Shown one piece after another: positions 10,761-23,574 of a stretch of 64,000 nucleotides of DNA (position 1 is its first letter; each line of letters starts with the position of its first letter). The stretch is from NCBI RefSeq assembly GCF_038025025.1, contig NW_027117349.1, forward strand, positions 1,364,001 to 1,428,000, written 5' to 3'. The position numbers and the translations under genes were made by a program. Below the pieces are notes generated by a model. That model was not told the origin of the DNA and did no database searches. It saw only the letters and a program-made list of their open reading frames with translations. The DNA comes from Phyllosticta citribraziliensis (lineage: Eukaryota).

Positions 10761-11233
10761 TCAGCGGCAACACTGTCGGCGTGCGCAAACAGGATCAACA
10801 TCGCTCCTCGGGCCCACTGTGTTTCTTGCCCTCGCTTCATCTCTCTCTCAGTCTCGACTTTTGTCCTGGCGCTGGCGGTTGGATGCGGCAGCGCTGTATC
10901 TAGAGTGTGGAGTGAATTGATCTGGGGAGATGCCCCCGATCATTACTCCTCAAGAACGCTACGAGGCGCCATTCTTAAACAAAGTAGCCAGATGTCTCCT
11001 TAATGTGCTGAACAGTCTGCAGAAATGGTCCTTGGAAGCGGCGACGCATCGAAATCAATCTGGCCAATTCATCAATCAGTCCTGCGCAAAAGCGCCTCCA
11101 CACTTATTTAGTAAAGCGCGCAACGGATCAAGCAATCAAGTCAGCTCTTCCCCATGCAGCTCCTCTCACTTCTCTCTCTCCTCACCTCAGGCTCTATTCA
11201 TAAGTTTCCTTCCCCATTCCTTCTTCAACAACA

Positions 11234-11333
11234 TCCGTTATGGTCTAGTGGCTAGGATTTGTCGCTCTCAGCATCTGCTTCTCAAGCACTGCAAAGCGCC
11301 GACAAGGCCGGGGTTCAATTCCCCGTGACGGAA
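11234..11333 (+). tRNA. tRNA-Glu(CTC) with a 28-nt intron (11271-11298)
   Basis: Acceptor stem TCCGTTA/TGACGGA; D arm GTCTAGTGGCTAGGAT; anticodon stem TGTCG/CGACA with CTC at 11267-11269; T arm CGGGG-TTCAATT-CCCCG; TTTT just downstream. Confidence 0.95.
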
Positions 11334-11545
11334 TACTCTTTTGCCTTTGCGTAGGAGTGTTGTGGGGCGCGTGGTGTTGAGGTGAATCCGTCGGTTGGCA
11401 AATTTTTGGTGGGTGGATAGGGCCGACGATGCGGGCCGATGAGCGCCCGGTGGACGCACGGGCGGTTAGGCACGATCAAGCGAGGACTGCGATGGGGAAA
11501 TTGGAGCTGGTGGAGACCTAGAGGGTGCGGATTTCTTCTTGTTTT

Positions 11546-11586
11546 TGTTGTTGTTGGTGGTGGTGGTGGTGGTGGTGGTGGATGAT
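11546..11586. repeat. (TTG)n(TGG)n microsatellite
   Basis: Directly visible in the sequence. Confidence 0.85.
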
Positions 11587-11959
11587 GCGTGTTTGGACCG
11601 CGCGGCGCGACACCACGGCGACGCGCCCAAGGGCAGTCTCTTCACTCCGCTGCCGCAGTAGGTGTCGAAAGAAATATACCTCCTGGTAGTATGTATGCAT
11701 CTAGGGAGCATTAATTGACTTCTACGCTTATGCTTTGGAAGCATTCATTTACTACTGCATTACCTGCGCTTAAGGAGCATCCACGCCTGCTATAGTTGCG
11801 CTTAGGAAGTAATAGTTTACTGTCGCAGCCAAAGTTCAGGGGTTGCATTTCTTCTGACACCCACTGTACTGCGTTCTTCCTGCGCCAAGCGCCCCCCGCG
11901 ACATGATGCAGTCCGAATTACAGACAACCGCAGAGAAAAAGAGAAGAAAAAAAGATATC

Positions 11960-13966
11960 TCAGTCCCACAGCACATTCACCCACTTCTCCCACTTCTTGC
12001 GCGGCGGCTCGGGCGCTTCGGGCGCACGCTCCACCGCTTCCAGCGCCTCGCGCAGCGGGATGTCGGAGAGCGCGACGATCTTGGTGCGCTTGAAGAACTT
12101 CCACGCAAGAAATGCGACCAGGACGAGGGGGATGTCGCTGTGGCGGGTGGGTCAGAATGCGCGTCGAGGTTGCGGGAATTGGAGAGAGGGGGACTCGACT
12201 TACAGGTACGACGACACGAAGCCGCTGGACGACCAGTTGCCGTTGGTGAAGACGGAGAAGCCGGCGGTGAAGAGGATGATGACGCAGAAGAAGAGGGCGA
12301 CGGGGGTGGAGTAGACTGTTTTGCATCGTGTCAGTTAGGATCCGCTCTGGGATCGGCTCGATAGATAGGAATGAAGGTTGGGAACTGTCGTACTCGTCCA
12401 ATTGTTGTGCCACGGCAGACGCTCCAGCGGCAGCATCTGCTTCTTCATGGCCATCATCAACCGCTGGTGGTTGACCAGAATGGTGATCCAGCTGATCAAG
12501 ACGCCGGCCGCGACGAGGTCGACGAACCAGTAAAACACGGTGAGCGCGCCGCTCGACAGACTCATGAAGGAGAGGAACATAAAGGCCGTCTGGATTAGCA
12601 CGCACACGTACGGGATGCCCCAGGAGGTGGTCCGCAGCAAGATGCGCGGCGCTTGGCCTTTGAGCGCCAGGCTGTAGAGCACGCGGGTTCCGGCGAGCAG
12701 CGCTTGGTTCGACGATGACCACGCCGACGTGATCAAGATGGCGTTGACAACCGAGGGGATGGCCTTGATGCCCGCCGCGCTCGCTGCAATGACAAAGGGG
12801 CTCTGGGCTGCGGTACCGGACTGGTCGTCGAGCCGCTTGTCGTCGCTCGCAACCAGCATGCCGACAATCAGCACAGCCAAGATGTAGAACAACGAGACGC
12901 GTGCAAAGACGCGTTTGCAGGCGTTGGGAATGGCTCTCCGCGGGTTGCGGGTCTCAGCCGCCGCCATGGCGACGCTCTCTACGCCGGCAAACGAGAAAAC
13001 GGCATTCGTCATCACGGCCCAGTAGCCCAGGAACTGACCCCAGCGGCCCGTGGCGATGTACTCGACGAAGGGACCGGGCGTCTTCCAGTACCGGAAGCCG
13101 ATGCGCGGGACGCCGGGAACGCCGCCCAGGTTGATGACGAGCCCCAGGATGATGAGGAAGATAATGAGTAGGATCTTGAGGATGGCGAAGAAGAACTCGA
13201 CTTCGCCATAGATGCGGATCAAGCTGATGCCGACGATAAAAGTGACGACAATGGTCAGGACGATCCAGACAGACGCGTTGATATCGGTCCAATACTCAAA
13301 CAGGACGCATATTGCTGAGATTTCCGAAGGGACTGACAGCCAATTGCCGTAGACAATGTTGTATCTAACTGGTCAACTTTGCTGTAGACATGCTCGTTGG
13401 ACCGATCCTTACCCAATGGCAAAGCCCAGCGCCGGATCGACCAGGAATTCCGCATGGCGAACGAAGGAACCAGTGACGGGGAGAAGCGCCGTGACTTCTC
13501 CCAGCGCAAACTGCACGGCGCAAACAATCAAGCCGACAGTTGCGTAGCCAAGCAGAGCGCCGAGGGGACCACCCGTCTGGATCGAGCTTCCAAGACCCAG
13601 AAACAAGCCGGTACCCTGCAAGAATTAGAAAATGCTCAAAACTTCCAGGGCAGAACGTAAAATAGGTAGAGGTAAATTTGGTAGTTGGTGGACGTTTTCC
13701 ATCCATCTTTCCTGCCCACCCCCATTTTTGTGCATAGTAGAGCAAAACAAACTTACAATCGCACCCGCCAGCGCAATCAAACTGATGTGCCTCTGATGCA
13801 GGCCCCTCGAAAGATCCCTCTCTTCATAGACAGTAACGAAATCGCCTCCATGGTCGTCCGTCACGACGCCATCCTCCGTGGCGCGCGGGGGTTGCTCGAG
13901 GTCGGGCGAGTCGTCCCGAGACACCTCCAGCCCGTACCCGTGTTTGTTGGCGGTGGTAGACGCCAT
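11960..13966 (-). CDS. Amino-acid permease (APC superfamily, yeast amino acid transporter type), 5 exons
   Basis: LSRGLHQRHISLIALAGAI^GTGLFLG, YGEVEFFFAILK, AVFSFAGVESVAMAAAETRNPRRAIP, SPFVIA; ends KWVNVLWD* at 11960. Confidence 0.93.
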
Positions 13967-14638
13967 GGCCGCTATCCCAAGAGACGAGGGCAGCGAGTGA
14001 AGAGCGGCGAAGAGCTCACAAGGCGATGCACGCTACGTGTGGTGTCTGCCTCATCGGTCCATGAGGTCGCGAGGGAAAAAGGGACTTCGTAATAATGCGG
14101 CGCGAAAGGACACCAGCAGCAGAAAAAATCGCGTGCTTGCCGGCCGACGTAAGCCAATCGAGGCCCGTCGCTCAAAGCAGACTGGCGAGGGTTGCGATAA
14201 CAGGACGAGTCAGGCCATGTGCGTCGGGCGGCAAGGGTCGTGTGGCCTTGGACTTTCGGTGGGCTTGGGACATGAACGATGGGGACTGCTCAGCTCGTGG
14301 GAGCAGCAGCGATTGCAAGTGTCGTGATTCACCTCGGGCTTTGGTGCTGGTGGAGGAAGACGTTGGCGATGTTGGCAATGTCGGGTCGATGGCGCCAGAG
14401 CGGCAAATGAGGCGCCCGATAAGCGATGGATTCGGCCCACAGCCGACGCCAAAACAGGCGGGTCTACCCGAATCACCAGCTCCACCATTCACGCAAGGCT
14501 GAAACACAAACAGTCGATTTCGTTCTCGTTTCTACGCTGGAGCAGAGCCTGGAAAAACATCGAACAAACGAGCGTGGTCAAGAGACCTCCATCTGGCCTC
14601 GACAGCTCTGCCAGCAGTCACCCAACTCGTCATTGACC

Positions 14639-15776
14639 TCAACCCTGGACCGCCGTGCCCTTGACGGCCTCGCCCAGCCTGTGGAATCCGCCCTTGGCCG
14701 CCACGTCCTTCTGCAGCTGCGCCATCTTCTTCTGGTCGCCCATGGGGTCGGCCGACTCGCCCGCGAGCTGCCAGTCGAGGTACTTGTTGGTGTAGTTGGG
14801 CGCAAAGTCCGGGCTCAGCACGCCGAGCCGCTTGCCGTACCGCGTCACCTTCTCCCAGTCCCTCTTGACGTTCTTGAGGTCTTTGCTGAAGTAGGCAAAG
14901 CTGCGCTCGAAGATCTTGTGGTTCAGCTCCGTGCCCATGGCCGGCTTGAAGTCGACGTACTCGGCCCACGCCTGCTGCGGCTCGGCCAGCACGAAGTCGG
15001 TCGCCCGCTTGCAGGCCCGCATGAACGCCCGCACCTCGGCCGGGTGCGCGTTGACGAACGCGTCGTTGCCAATGTACAGGATGGAGCAGAAGCAGCAGCA
15101 GCCCAGCTCGGCCAGCTCGTCGATGCGCAGCATCTGCACGTCGTCGGCGGGCCGGCCCTGCGCCTCGAGCCAGCCCTCCAGCTCCACCATCTGCACGTTC
15201 TCGAGCCCGATGCCCGCGTCGATCGTGCCGTCGATGATGGCCTTGGTCACGTTCATCCCGCACCGCACCGCCGTGTAGTCCGTCGGCGACATGCCGTAGT
15301 GCGCCGTCAGCTCGTCGATCTGGATCTTGCCAAACTCGCCCACGTAGCCGATCCGCTTGCCCTTGAGCGTGCGGAAGTCGGTCGTGATGCCGCTCGACTT
15401 GAGGTACACGACGCCCGTGAAGGGCTCGTCGAGGAGCGAGCCCAGCGACTGCACGGGGAATCCGCGGGCCTTGGCCGCCAGCGTGTGGATCATGGCTTTG
15501 AAGCCCAAGTCGACCTTGCCCGTGCCGACGATTTCGGTCACGTCCTGAACCGTCAGCCTTTACGTCGACTTCATGTTGCGAATACCTACGCTAGGGTCGT
15601 TGGGCTCGAGGAGAGCAACTTTGATGCCTTCATCCTTGAAGTAGCCCTTGGCCTGCGCAAGGTACAGAGGTGCGTGGTACGGGGTCGCGTGCCTGCACAC
15701 AGTCAGCTCAATCCACCCGATCAGCCAGCCAACCAGCCTACCAGTTGGTGAGGAAGGTGATCTTGTCAGTCGACAT
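14639..15776 (-). CDS. nmt1: HMP-P synthase (thiamine pyrimidine synthase), 3 coding exons
   Basis: [12 protein letters not shown]^[18 protein letters not shown]...NDPS^[43 protein letters not shown]: the THI5/NMT1 signature. Confidence 0.97.
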
Positions 15777-15853
15777 GACGGCGATGGATCAAGATGATGG
15801 AAACACTGCCTTGATCAATACACCAACTCTCGGAGGCGCAGGGGAGAAAAGAA

Positions 15854-16001
15854 GCATGTCCTTTCGCTGGCATTATCCAGTCTCAAGTTCAACCGGTATT
15901 TTCTCAGAACAACCCGGGCCTGCCGTGGCCAGCGCTCGCAGTCAAATTGATATTTGATGGAGCACTGGCTGCGGCAGCCCCAGGTCGAACACCCGGCATG
16001 C
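15854..16001 (-). ncRNA. TPP riboswitch in the nmt1 5'UTR intron
   Basis: Minus strand reads GCATGCCGGGTG...CTGAGAAAATACCGGTTGAACTTGAGACTGGATAATGCCAGCGAAAGGACATGC, with a long P3 hairpin. Donors at 16079 and 16019; acceptor at 15806. Confidence 0.95.
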
Positions 16002-17219
16002 GTTCTTTGCAAGCGTTACCTTGATCGACGAATAATGACATTGCGAGAGGCGCCATTGCTCCTTGCAGCACAATCGTACCGGCAAGTAGACTCTGACTGG
16101 TGAAGATTTGAGGATGCGGAAGCTGTCGGTGGACAATAGCAAACGAGAACAACGGGCGGACAGCCGTCCAAAATATAGCCCAGCCAAGAGGGGCAGCAGC
16201 GGGGTAAGCGGTCCCAACAGCTCCGATTTTCAGCAACGCCCGTGACAACTCTAAACCGCAGCTCGATGTTTCCTCGGTGCTATCTCTTGGTGTTGATTGG
16301 CGATGCCGTGCTGCGACCCAAGACATGCCTCTCAACCCAAACAGCTAATCGAACCAGGAGCGGCCGCGCATTCCCGCTTCGAGTCGAGCGTGCGCGAATT
16401 TTGACGAGTGCCTCAGGCATTACTTGCGCATCTGCATGTGCTCCTGCCGCTTCGGCTGTCGTCGATTTAAGCTCGACGCCAAGGGCTTTTGGCCCCAGGG
16501 GTCCGTGGTGCTGACAGGCTCTTCTGCAACGACCCTTGAGCTCTGCCTCCTTCGGCCTCGTGCTTGTTGTCGTGAGCCAGCCTCAACCGTACCGTCAATT
16601 GTGTCGTGACTCCTCCGACTGTCGGCGTCGAGTCAATCTGGAGTAAAGTGGAACCTTGTCGACGGGTGGACTTCATGATGAAAATGTGGAGCAAGCAAGA
16701 CGACAAACCTGCTCTTGCAAAGAGGGAAAGACACGCAACAGGAAAGACGGTGAGCTCGATTTGAAAGAGTTGATTGTATTTTTGCACTGTTTGCATTATT
16801 AGGTTCGGGGGTTGCAGTGACGTCAAGCAACCATTCAAAAAAAAGACCACGCGAGAGGATATCAAAACAGAAAAAGCAAAAAAAGGCTATGGAAACAGGT
16901 CATCAAGAAGCTCTTCCAACTCGTAGCAGCAGCGAAAAACAATCAAGAAAACGCCGTGAGTATGTGCAGAGTCGGAATTTGGTTGTACGTGAGGAGAGTC
17001 CGTCATCTTCGTCTGACAGCACCAGTCGTCGTCCTGTCGCTCGAGTGGTGCAAAGGACCAAACAATATACAAAAAGTGGAGAGTCGAATCAACTTGTGAT
17101 CATCAGGTTGATTGACCTCTTATCAAGGACGGGCCTTGCGACGTGGGCTTGCAAGGGTTGCAGTGCTGGTGTTCCCAGCGGAGGCTTGTCCGGCCGGTCG
17201 CTTAGACTGTGGGTCCCCT

Positions 17220-18351
17220 TTAGAGGAGCGCAAAGCCAAGGGCGAAGCCAACAAGGCTGACGGTGCTAGTGAGAAGCCAAGCACGGTCCATGGACGAAGA
17301 TGCCGCGGAATCACTGCCGGCGCTGCTCTGGGCAAAGCTGCCGCTGCTGCTGCTGCTCGACGCAGTGTTGGCAGTGCCGGCGGCGCTGGCAGAGGCGGAG
17401 GCAAGGACGGCGCTAGAGTTGTCGGCGACGGTTTCGTTGAGGACCTTGATGCTCTGGTAGTCGCCCGTCGTGTCGGTCCAGTTGTAGTTCATGCCGGGGT
17501 TGTAGTTGATGACCTTGACGTTCTTGACGTACATGATGTACGGGCCCTGGTCAAAGTCGGTGTAGCCACCGGCCCACTGGACGGTCCAGTAGTTTTGCTT
17601 CTTGGTGCCAGCAGACCAGACACCCAGAGACACCCTCGAGGGAGTCTGAGGGAAGTTCTTGCCATTCAGAGCATCCGAATAGTTGAGGGTGCGCACGTCC
17701 ACGCCGTCAATCGACCAGGTGATGGCCTCCGGGGTCCAGTTGATGCCGTACTTGTGGAACGTGTCGGTGGGAGTGTCAACATCGTAGTAGACGGCACGGT
17801 CGTAGCTGGTGGTGTTGCCCTTGCCGAAGTAGTTGGTCTCTACTGAAGTGTTGTTGCCACCCAACCATTCCTGAGACAAGAATGTCAGCTAAAGCCAGTC
17901 ATGACGTGACGATGACTTACCCAGTCAATCTCATCCAGGTCATCCGACTCGAGGACGATGGAGCTGATGACGCCAGTGCCGTTGGCCGCACGCATCTCGA
18001 CCTCGACGTATCCAAAGAAGAAGTAAAAGTCGGTCATGAGGGTCGGTGCCTGGTTCTCATTCTCAATGACGAACGCGGCGCCATTCTCCTCAGAGTACTC
18101 CAGAGTGGTGCCGATGGCGCCAGTCCAGCTGCTGTTGTCACCGGTGGTAAAGTCGGTCGTAAAGGTCGACTTGGTCAGGCCAGAGTCGGCAGGGCACGTG
18201 CCTTGATGCCGTTAGCATGAGCCATGTACGCGTACTCGAGCAACTCACTGTTCTCAGTTGGGTTGCAGTCGGTGGTCAGCTGGGCCGAAGCGAGCGGAAG
18301 CACAGCGGTAAGGAAGGCCGTGGCGGCGCCCAACATCTGTTGTTGACGCAT
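17220..18351 (-). CDS. GPI-anchored GH16 Crh-family chitin/glucan transglycosylase, 3 exons
   Basis: Signal peptide, DCNP..^CPAD, SDDLDEIDW^EWLGG, FPQTPSR, WAGG.TD, Ser-rich stalk and hydrophobic C-terminus. Confidence 0.93.
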
Positions 18352-21300
18352 CTTGTGGAAAGGATGGAGGAGAGGCGGGCTCAAGGTCTCGGGAAATGAT
18401 GACTTGCAAAGGGAGCTTCAAAGAGTCTGCCCCTAAATAAAAAATCCAAGCAAATGAGCGAGCTGGAACGCGGACGGCAATGACTGGCAAAGGTTGCACA
18501 AAAGGAGAGTGCGCAACACTTGGGGCGGAGCAAAGTTGACAGAGGGCGTCTCTCACGCAGAGCTTCTCGTTGGCGCGGGCGGGGGATGTTCAAGTATTGT
18601 CTCGGAGCAAATTGGCCAGCGACGGCGGGCAAGAATCGACCGGCCCTACTCCGTACGTGTAGATCTATCAGCCACAAGAGGGCGGTTCCTCGCGCTTCTT
18701 TGGACGACGCTGGGCACCACGGTTGGCCGGCAACCCGGGGCGGTGTCAACGTGGGACCGTGATAACGGAGCAAATATCGGGAGACGTCCGATCAACATTC
18801 TTTCTTCGTTTCCCTGTGGGGCTTACGCGGCCTGTGCGGGTGCTCGAAGCCAGCCAGCGACTCCAGCAATGGGACATGACACGCTCAGCCGCCCAGTGGC
18901 AAGAGGGTGGTGAGGGTCGTCAAGGGCTTTTCCGCCATCTCTTGCCGCAACCTGACCATCATGTGCACCTCGCCTCCAACACCAGACTCCGCATCGTCAA
19001 GTCTGCGCCGCCCCTCGCACTTCCTTGCTCGCCACAGACGCACGTCCAGGAACCACATGCAGGGAAGACGTTTGAAGAGCAGCCAAGGCCGATAAGGCGG
19101 TTGCAGAGCCCGGGAGGCGCACCGCGCAAGGCGTGCCAAGACGTGTTCCTGCGGTTCTCCGGGGAAACAACTGTTCGTGACGTCGCTAGCGGTGGGCATC
19201 AACGTGGTGCGAGAGCTGCTGGTGTTGGATGGCGGTCAAGGGATGAGGTCTGGTCGAAGCGAAGGGACGGACGCGCGGGAGTCGGAGACGCAATCCCGAG
19301 CGGACGTCCGACGATTAGCCCGTATCCAAGGCGCAAAATCCGAGGGCGAGGACAGTCGAGGGACAGCAGCGGCGGCAACTTTGCAAGCTGCTCGATCCAT
19401 TTCGATGGCGGGCCAAAAGCGTTGTCGCGCAGAGGATCGTCTCGCAAAAAGGGTCAAAGGCGCCGACCATGTACGCAGCGGCCCGAAACGGCAATCTAAG
19501 CGAGCAAGACCCTGGTTGGCCTTGGGTTCCTGGGTTCCCCTGAGAATCCCGCACTCATCCTCATCTTCTCCACGCCTTGCCCGCCCGCCGCCGCACGCCT
19601 GATGGTCCTGCATGGCAAGGCTTCTCCAGCTTCTCTACAAAGGCTGACCGACTCTCTTTCCGGCCCTCTAGCCCACGTCATGATCTCCCCTCGACACTCC
19701 TCGCGCCTTGCTCTTCTTGTTCGCAATTACCGGACCAGCGGACCTCCATCTCGTCCATTTGTCCACCATGGCCCCGCTGCCCAAGTGTGCGGTCCTGTGC
19801 GGCGGTATTGAGGGTCAATCCTCATCTGGTCTTTGCATCGACTGCCGAGCACTGCTATTTGTCCCGACTGCCATGATACCGAAAATCAGGGGTCGCTGCG
19901 TACCGACCCTCTCTTCTTCGTTTGCCCACAGTACCGGATGTAAGTGTCTCCAGCAGTGTGCTGTCCATGGCAAATGCGGAACCAGAGAGCAGCAAAGCGG
20001 ATCCAAACTCGACCACTTTACGTCAGAATGCGCCTTACAGCGCGGCTGTCGGCCGCTCGCCGCCTGTCACGGACGGAACGCACAGGTAATAGGCAGGTGG
20101 GAACGAAAGATACGAACCGACTCTCAATGGCCCAACTCGTAGTAGCTTGGCCACATTGAATACGACCAAAACTTCAACGCGCCCCCTTGGCATGGGGCTG
20201 ACTCTTTCCTTATCTGCCCGTTGAAGACCTTTCAGCGTTACATCTCCAGTGTTCCTCGGCACAGTCAAATTTCAAATGCTCGGCGTCATAATAGTCACAA
20301 TGGCTTGGTAGTTCAAGCGATGCGCTGGGGCAGCCGTGTACAGAAAAGCCTTGCGGCTTGTTCGACCGAGCATTAGCCGTCTCGTCTCCATATGCGTCTT
20401 CGGATCTCAAAAGTGGCGTCGTGATCACAGGGCTTAGACTTGCCGTGTCCAGATACGAGAGGCCGGCGTTCTCCTGGGTCAATATCAGAGCTGGGAAAGG
20501 CTGATGAGGCGGTCGACGACAAGATATCGACGGCTGCTATTTAAAACCGGAACCACAAGTTGAGGCTGTGGCCGAAAAACGGCACGCAAGTCTTGACAGC
20601 CCTGCGCCATGATTTCTGTTTTTTCGTGGCGACCGACTTTTTTTGGTCTTGTTGCATGCTCCAAGTCTCTCCGTCTTTCCTGGATTCTCGTCGCGACCTT
20701 TCTTCAGCATGCAATCACCTCCCGGGATAACGAGCAAGCAAGCAATCAGCCTGCGAAGTGTCGAGCAACGTCTTCCCAGACATCTTTCCAGGCCAAAGAA
20801 TCATCCAAAATTCCCGACCCTTCTCAGCCACTCGACCTTCCCACCATCCCGCTCCTCCATCAATGCGCGAATCTCTGGGGCTCTCCAGCCGCCTCAAACA
20901 CCTCCTGATCCAACCCGCCGCGGCAGCAAGGGCCCCAAGTCTCCCACAAGCTGACCTCGAAACAGCCTCCTCACAACAACCAGGCAGACCTCCCAACAAC
21001 GTGGACCGGGTGGCCTGACGCAGCACGTCCAAACGCATAATCCAAATGACGGATATCAAACTCAAACTCCTCGGTCCACCACGCCTCCAGCGGGATCCCA
21101 GACAAACGAGCGGGGCGGGCCGGCGCGGGCCGCTGCTTGCTGTCTGGGGTCGTTTCTGCTGCTGCTGCCACATTGCGCGGGGAGAGGGCGCGGACAGCGG
21201 CGTCCATGCGGGAAGGCGTGCGTGCATGCGTGCATGTAGGCGCGTTGGGTGCGGCCGACGGACGGGGAGATGTCAGCGATGCATTGTGCATGCTGCTGCT

Positions 21301-22034
21301 GCTGCTGGTCCCCGCCGACTGACTGGACGTCTACCGTTCATGCCGCGCAGTGGTGGAAGCGAGGGACCACGATGACGGCCGGCCAAGGTCGCACACGCGC
21401 GGGGCTGCTAGCTACAGGCGACGTGAGATCCGGATTCACCATCTAAGGCGCGTTGGAATTGAAGCTCGATTGGGGTATAGTAAGTGGTATAATGTCTTCC
21501 CTTCGCTGTCCTGTCCTGTCCTGTCCTGTCCGCTCACAACGAGGGGTTGTGATGCTACGCCACGCTGCTTCGTCCAGAGACAAAAGATGATCCATCTCGA
21601 AACTAGCCAGGGCGGCCTGTTTGATCGTCTGCCATGGTTGCAGCCGATCAAACATACAGTCCTGTCCAACATCTTCCTCTGCGCGAGACGTGGCGCAGAT
21701 CCGCAGGTTTTCTTTGCGAGGCCTCTCGAGTTTCTTGACGGCCAAGCCGTGATTACTCGTCTCTCTTCCACACGTCTAGGAATCCAAAACTCGTGACATG
21801 TTGCTCTGATGCAACACCTCATGCCGCCACCATCCTCAACGCCAGACTGGCAAAGTGCAAGTGAAAACCCCAGCAAAACGCCAATACCCAAACACCACGA
21901 ATGCCGCGCAATGAAACAGAGCAGAGCCGACGCCAATGAAAACGGACATGTGCCGAGGGTCCAACAGCAACTGACACTGCTGACCTCAGCTGAGCTCAGA
22001 GCCTGCAGCCGAGACGAGTCACAACAGCGCAACG

Positions 22035-23574
22035 CTACCTCGTCTCAGTGCCATCAGCTCCGACTCCTGGCACCGTATCCGCCATGTTGGATTCTCTGCC
22101 CTCCTCGTCCACTGCGCGTCCCTTCTCGCCGATCCACGCCAGCCCCTTGCACCCCTCGCCCTCTGTCTCGACTTGCCGGATGAACCCGTTGACCCGCTGG
22201 ACGACCCATCCGCTGACGCTGTCGACGCCCATGTTGATTGGGTCGCGCTCGGATCCTGGACCACCCAGGCGAATCACGGCGCCGGTTTGGCAGCGGCCGG
22301 GCGAGGAGAGGTATTGGATGCATTCGGGGCGGCTGGCGCATGCTTCGCGGCACCCCTGGACATCGTAAGTGCGCGGCGTCTCTTCAAAGTCCATGGAGAG
22401 GTTGTCCCAGTTTTCCTTTTCGGTGCTAATCTGCGGCGCAACGACATTTGCAAAGACGTCGCGATGGCGCAGAATTGGAGGGTTGTCCTGTGTCCGTCAT
22501 TAGCTTTGAAAGGGAATTTAGGAGTGTTTTACGTACCCCTTGCTGCAGCCAGCTTTGCTCAAAGTCCCACATGGCTTTGGTCCAGTCCGCGGGCATGTGG
22601 TGGTAAGTGACAACGCCGTAGCACCAGTGGCTCGAGGTGTAGTCAAGCGAATAGGGCGTCTCTGCCTGTAGACTAGGGAAGGCAGGCGTCAATTCAACGC
22701 CAACCATTTCCATCAGGGACGCGACGACCAGGTCTCCGGCCAAGTCTCCCGATGTCAGTTTGTTCCAAAGATCCACATTCTCGTTGCGCTTTTTCATCGC
22801 CGCCTCCATCGCAGCCCGGTTGATGAGGACGCCGGATCCAGAGTGTCCAAACAGGCGGTCCATCATCCAGTTTTGGCCGCCAATGTAGAACGGCTTGTTC
22901 GGGTCAAAGATGCGGACCCAGCGGAGGAGGTTGCTCCACACCACGTAAGAGTCAGCTTCCATGAAGAAGAACCACTTTTGGGTCGGCGCCTGGCGCAAAG
23001 CCTTCTCCATCATGGGGACAAATTTCCACTTGTCCAGATTCCATGCTCGGTAGCTGGCGCCCTCGCCCAAATCCGCAAAGTCCTTGCCCTCTCGCCTGAA
23101 TTCGTGCAGTTGGCGGTAAAAAGAAAAGTCCACATTGGTGTTTTTGATTTCGTCCGGATATTCGTCCAGCGCGTCCTGAATCTTCTGGCCATCAATCTCC
23201 TCTGCCAGGTCCGAAAAGATGGCGTAATTTGGAATGCAGCGGAAAGTCGTCTCCAGGTGAATCGGCACCTTTTCGTGTGCCTCTGTTGCTCCCGTCTTGA
23301 GCACGACAAATATGTCGTCGGCGCCCTCTAATCCCTTGCAGGGCAGGTCGCCTTCAGGGGACGGTGGTGGGACCTGAGATCCCGATGGGACGTCAATGTG
23401 AGGAGGCTGCCCAAAGTCTTGGTCCAGTCGCACAGTTTCGGGTACGAATTGCTCCGAGCCAAAGGCATTTTGCCGTAACAGTCCGAGGTGTTGCCAGGTA
23501 ACGATGAGGACCAGCAGGGTGGCGGCCGTGACGAGGTAGACGGAAATCCGGGGGCGTGATGCGGAGAGGACCAT
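22035..23574 (-). CDS. GT31 / fringe-like glycosyltransferase (type II membrane protein), 2 exons
   Basis: N-terminal TM, VVLKTGATE, WNLDKWKF, KWFFFMEADSY, FGHSGSG, VVTYHH; intron at about 22535-22487; C-terminal Cys motif CREAC...CIQY. Confidence 0.88.

Noticed and set aside
14426..15751. 441-aa plus-strand ORF
   Set aside because: Antisense shadow of the GC3-rich nmt1 gene.
11960..15776. Permease + nmt1 as a thiamine gene cluster
   Set aside because: Adjacency only; no second riboswitch or substrate evidence.
18400..22000. Many overlapping 60-260 aa ORFs
   Set aside because: GC-rich intergenic sequence with no motifs or consistent splice structure that I could support.
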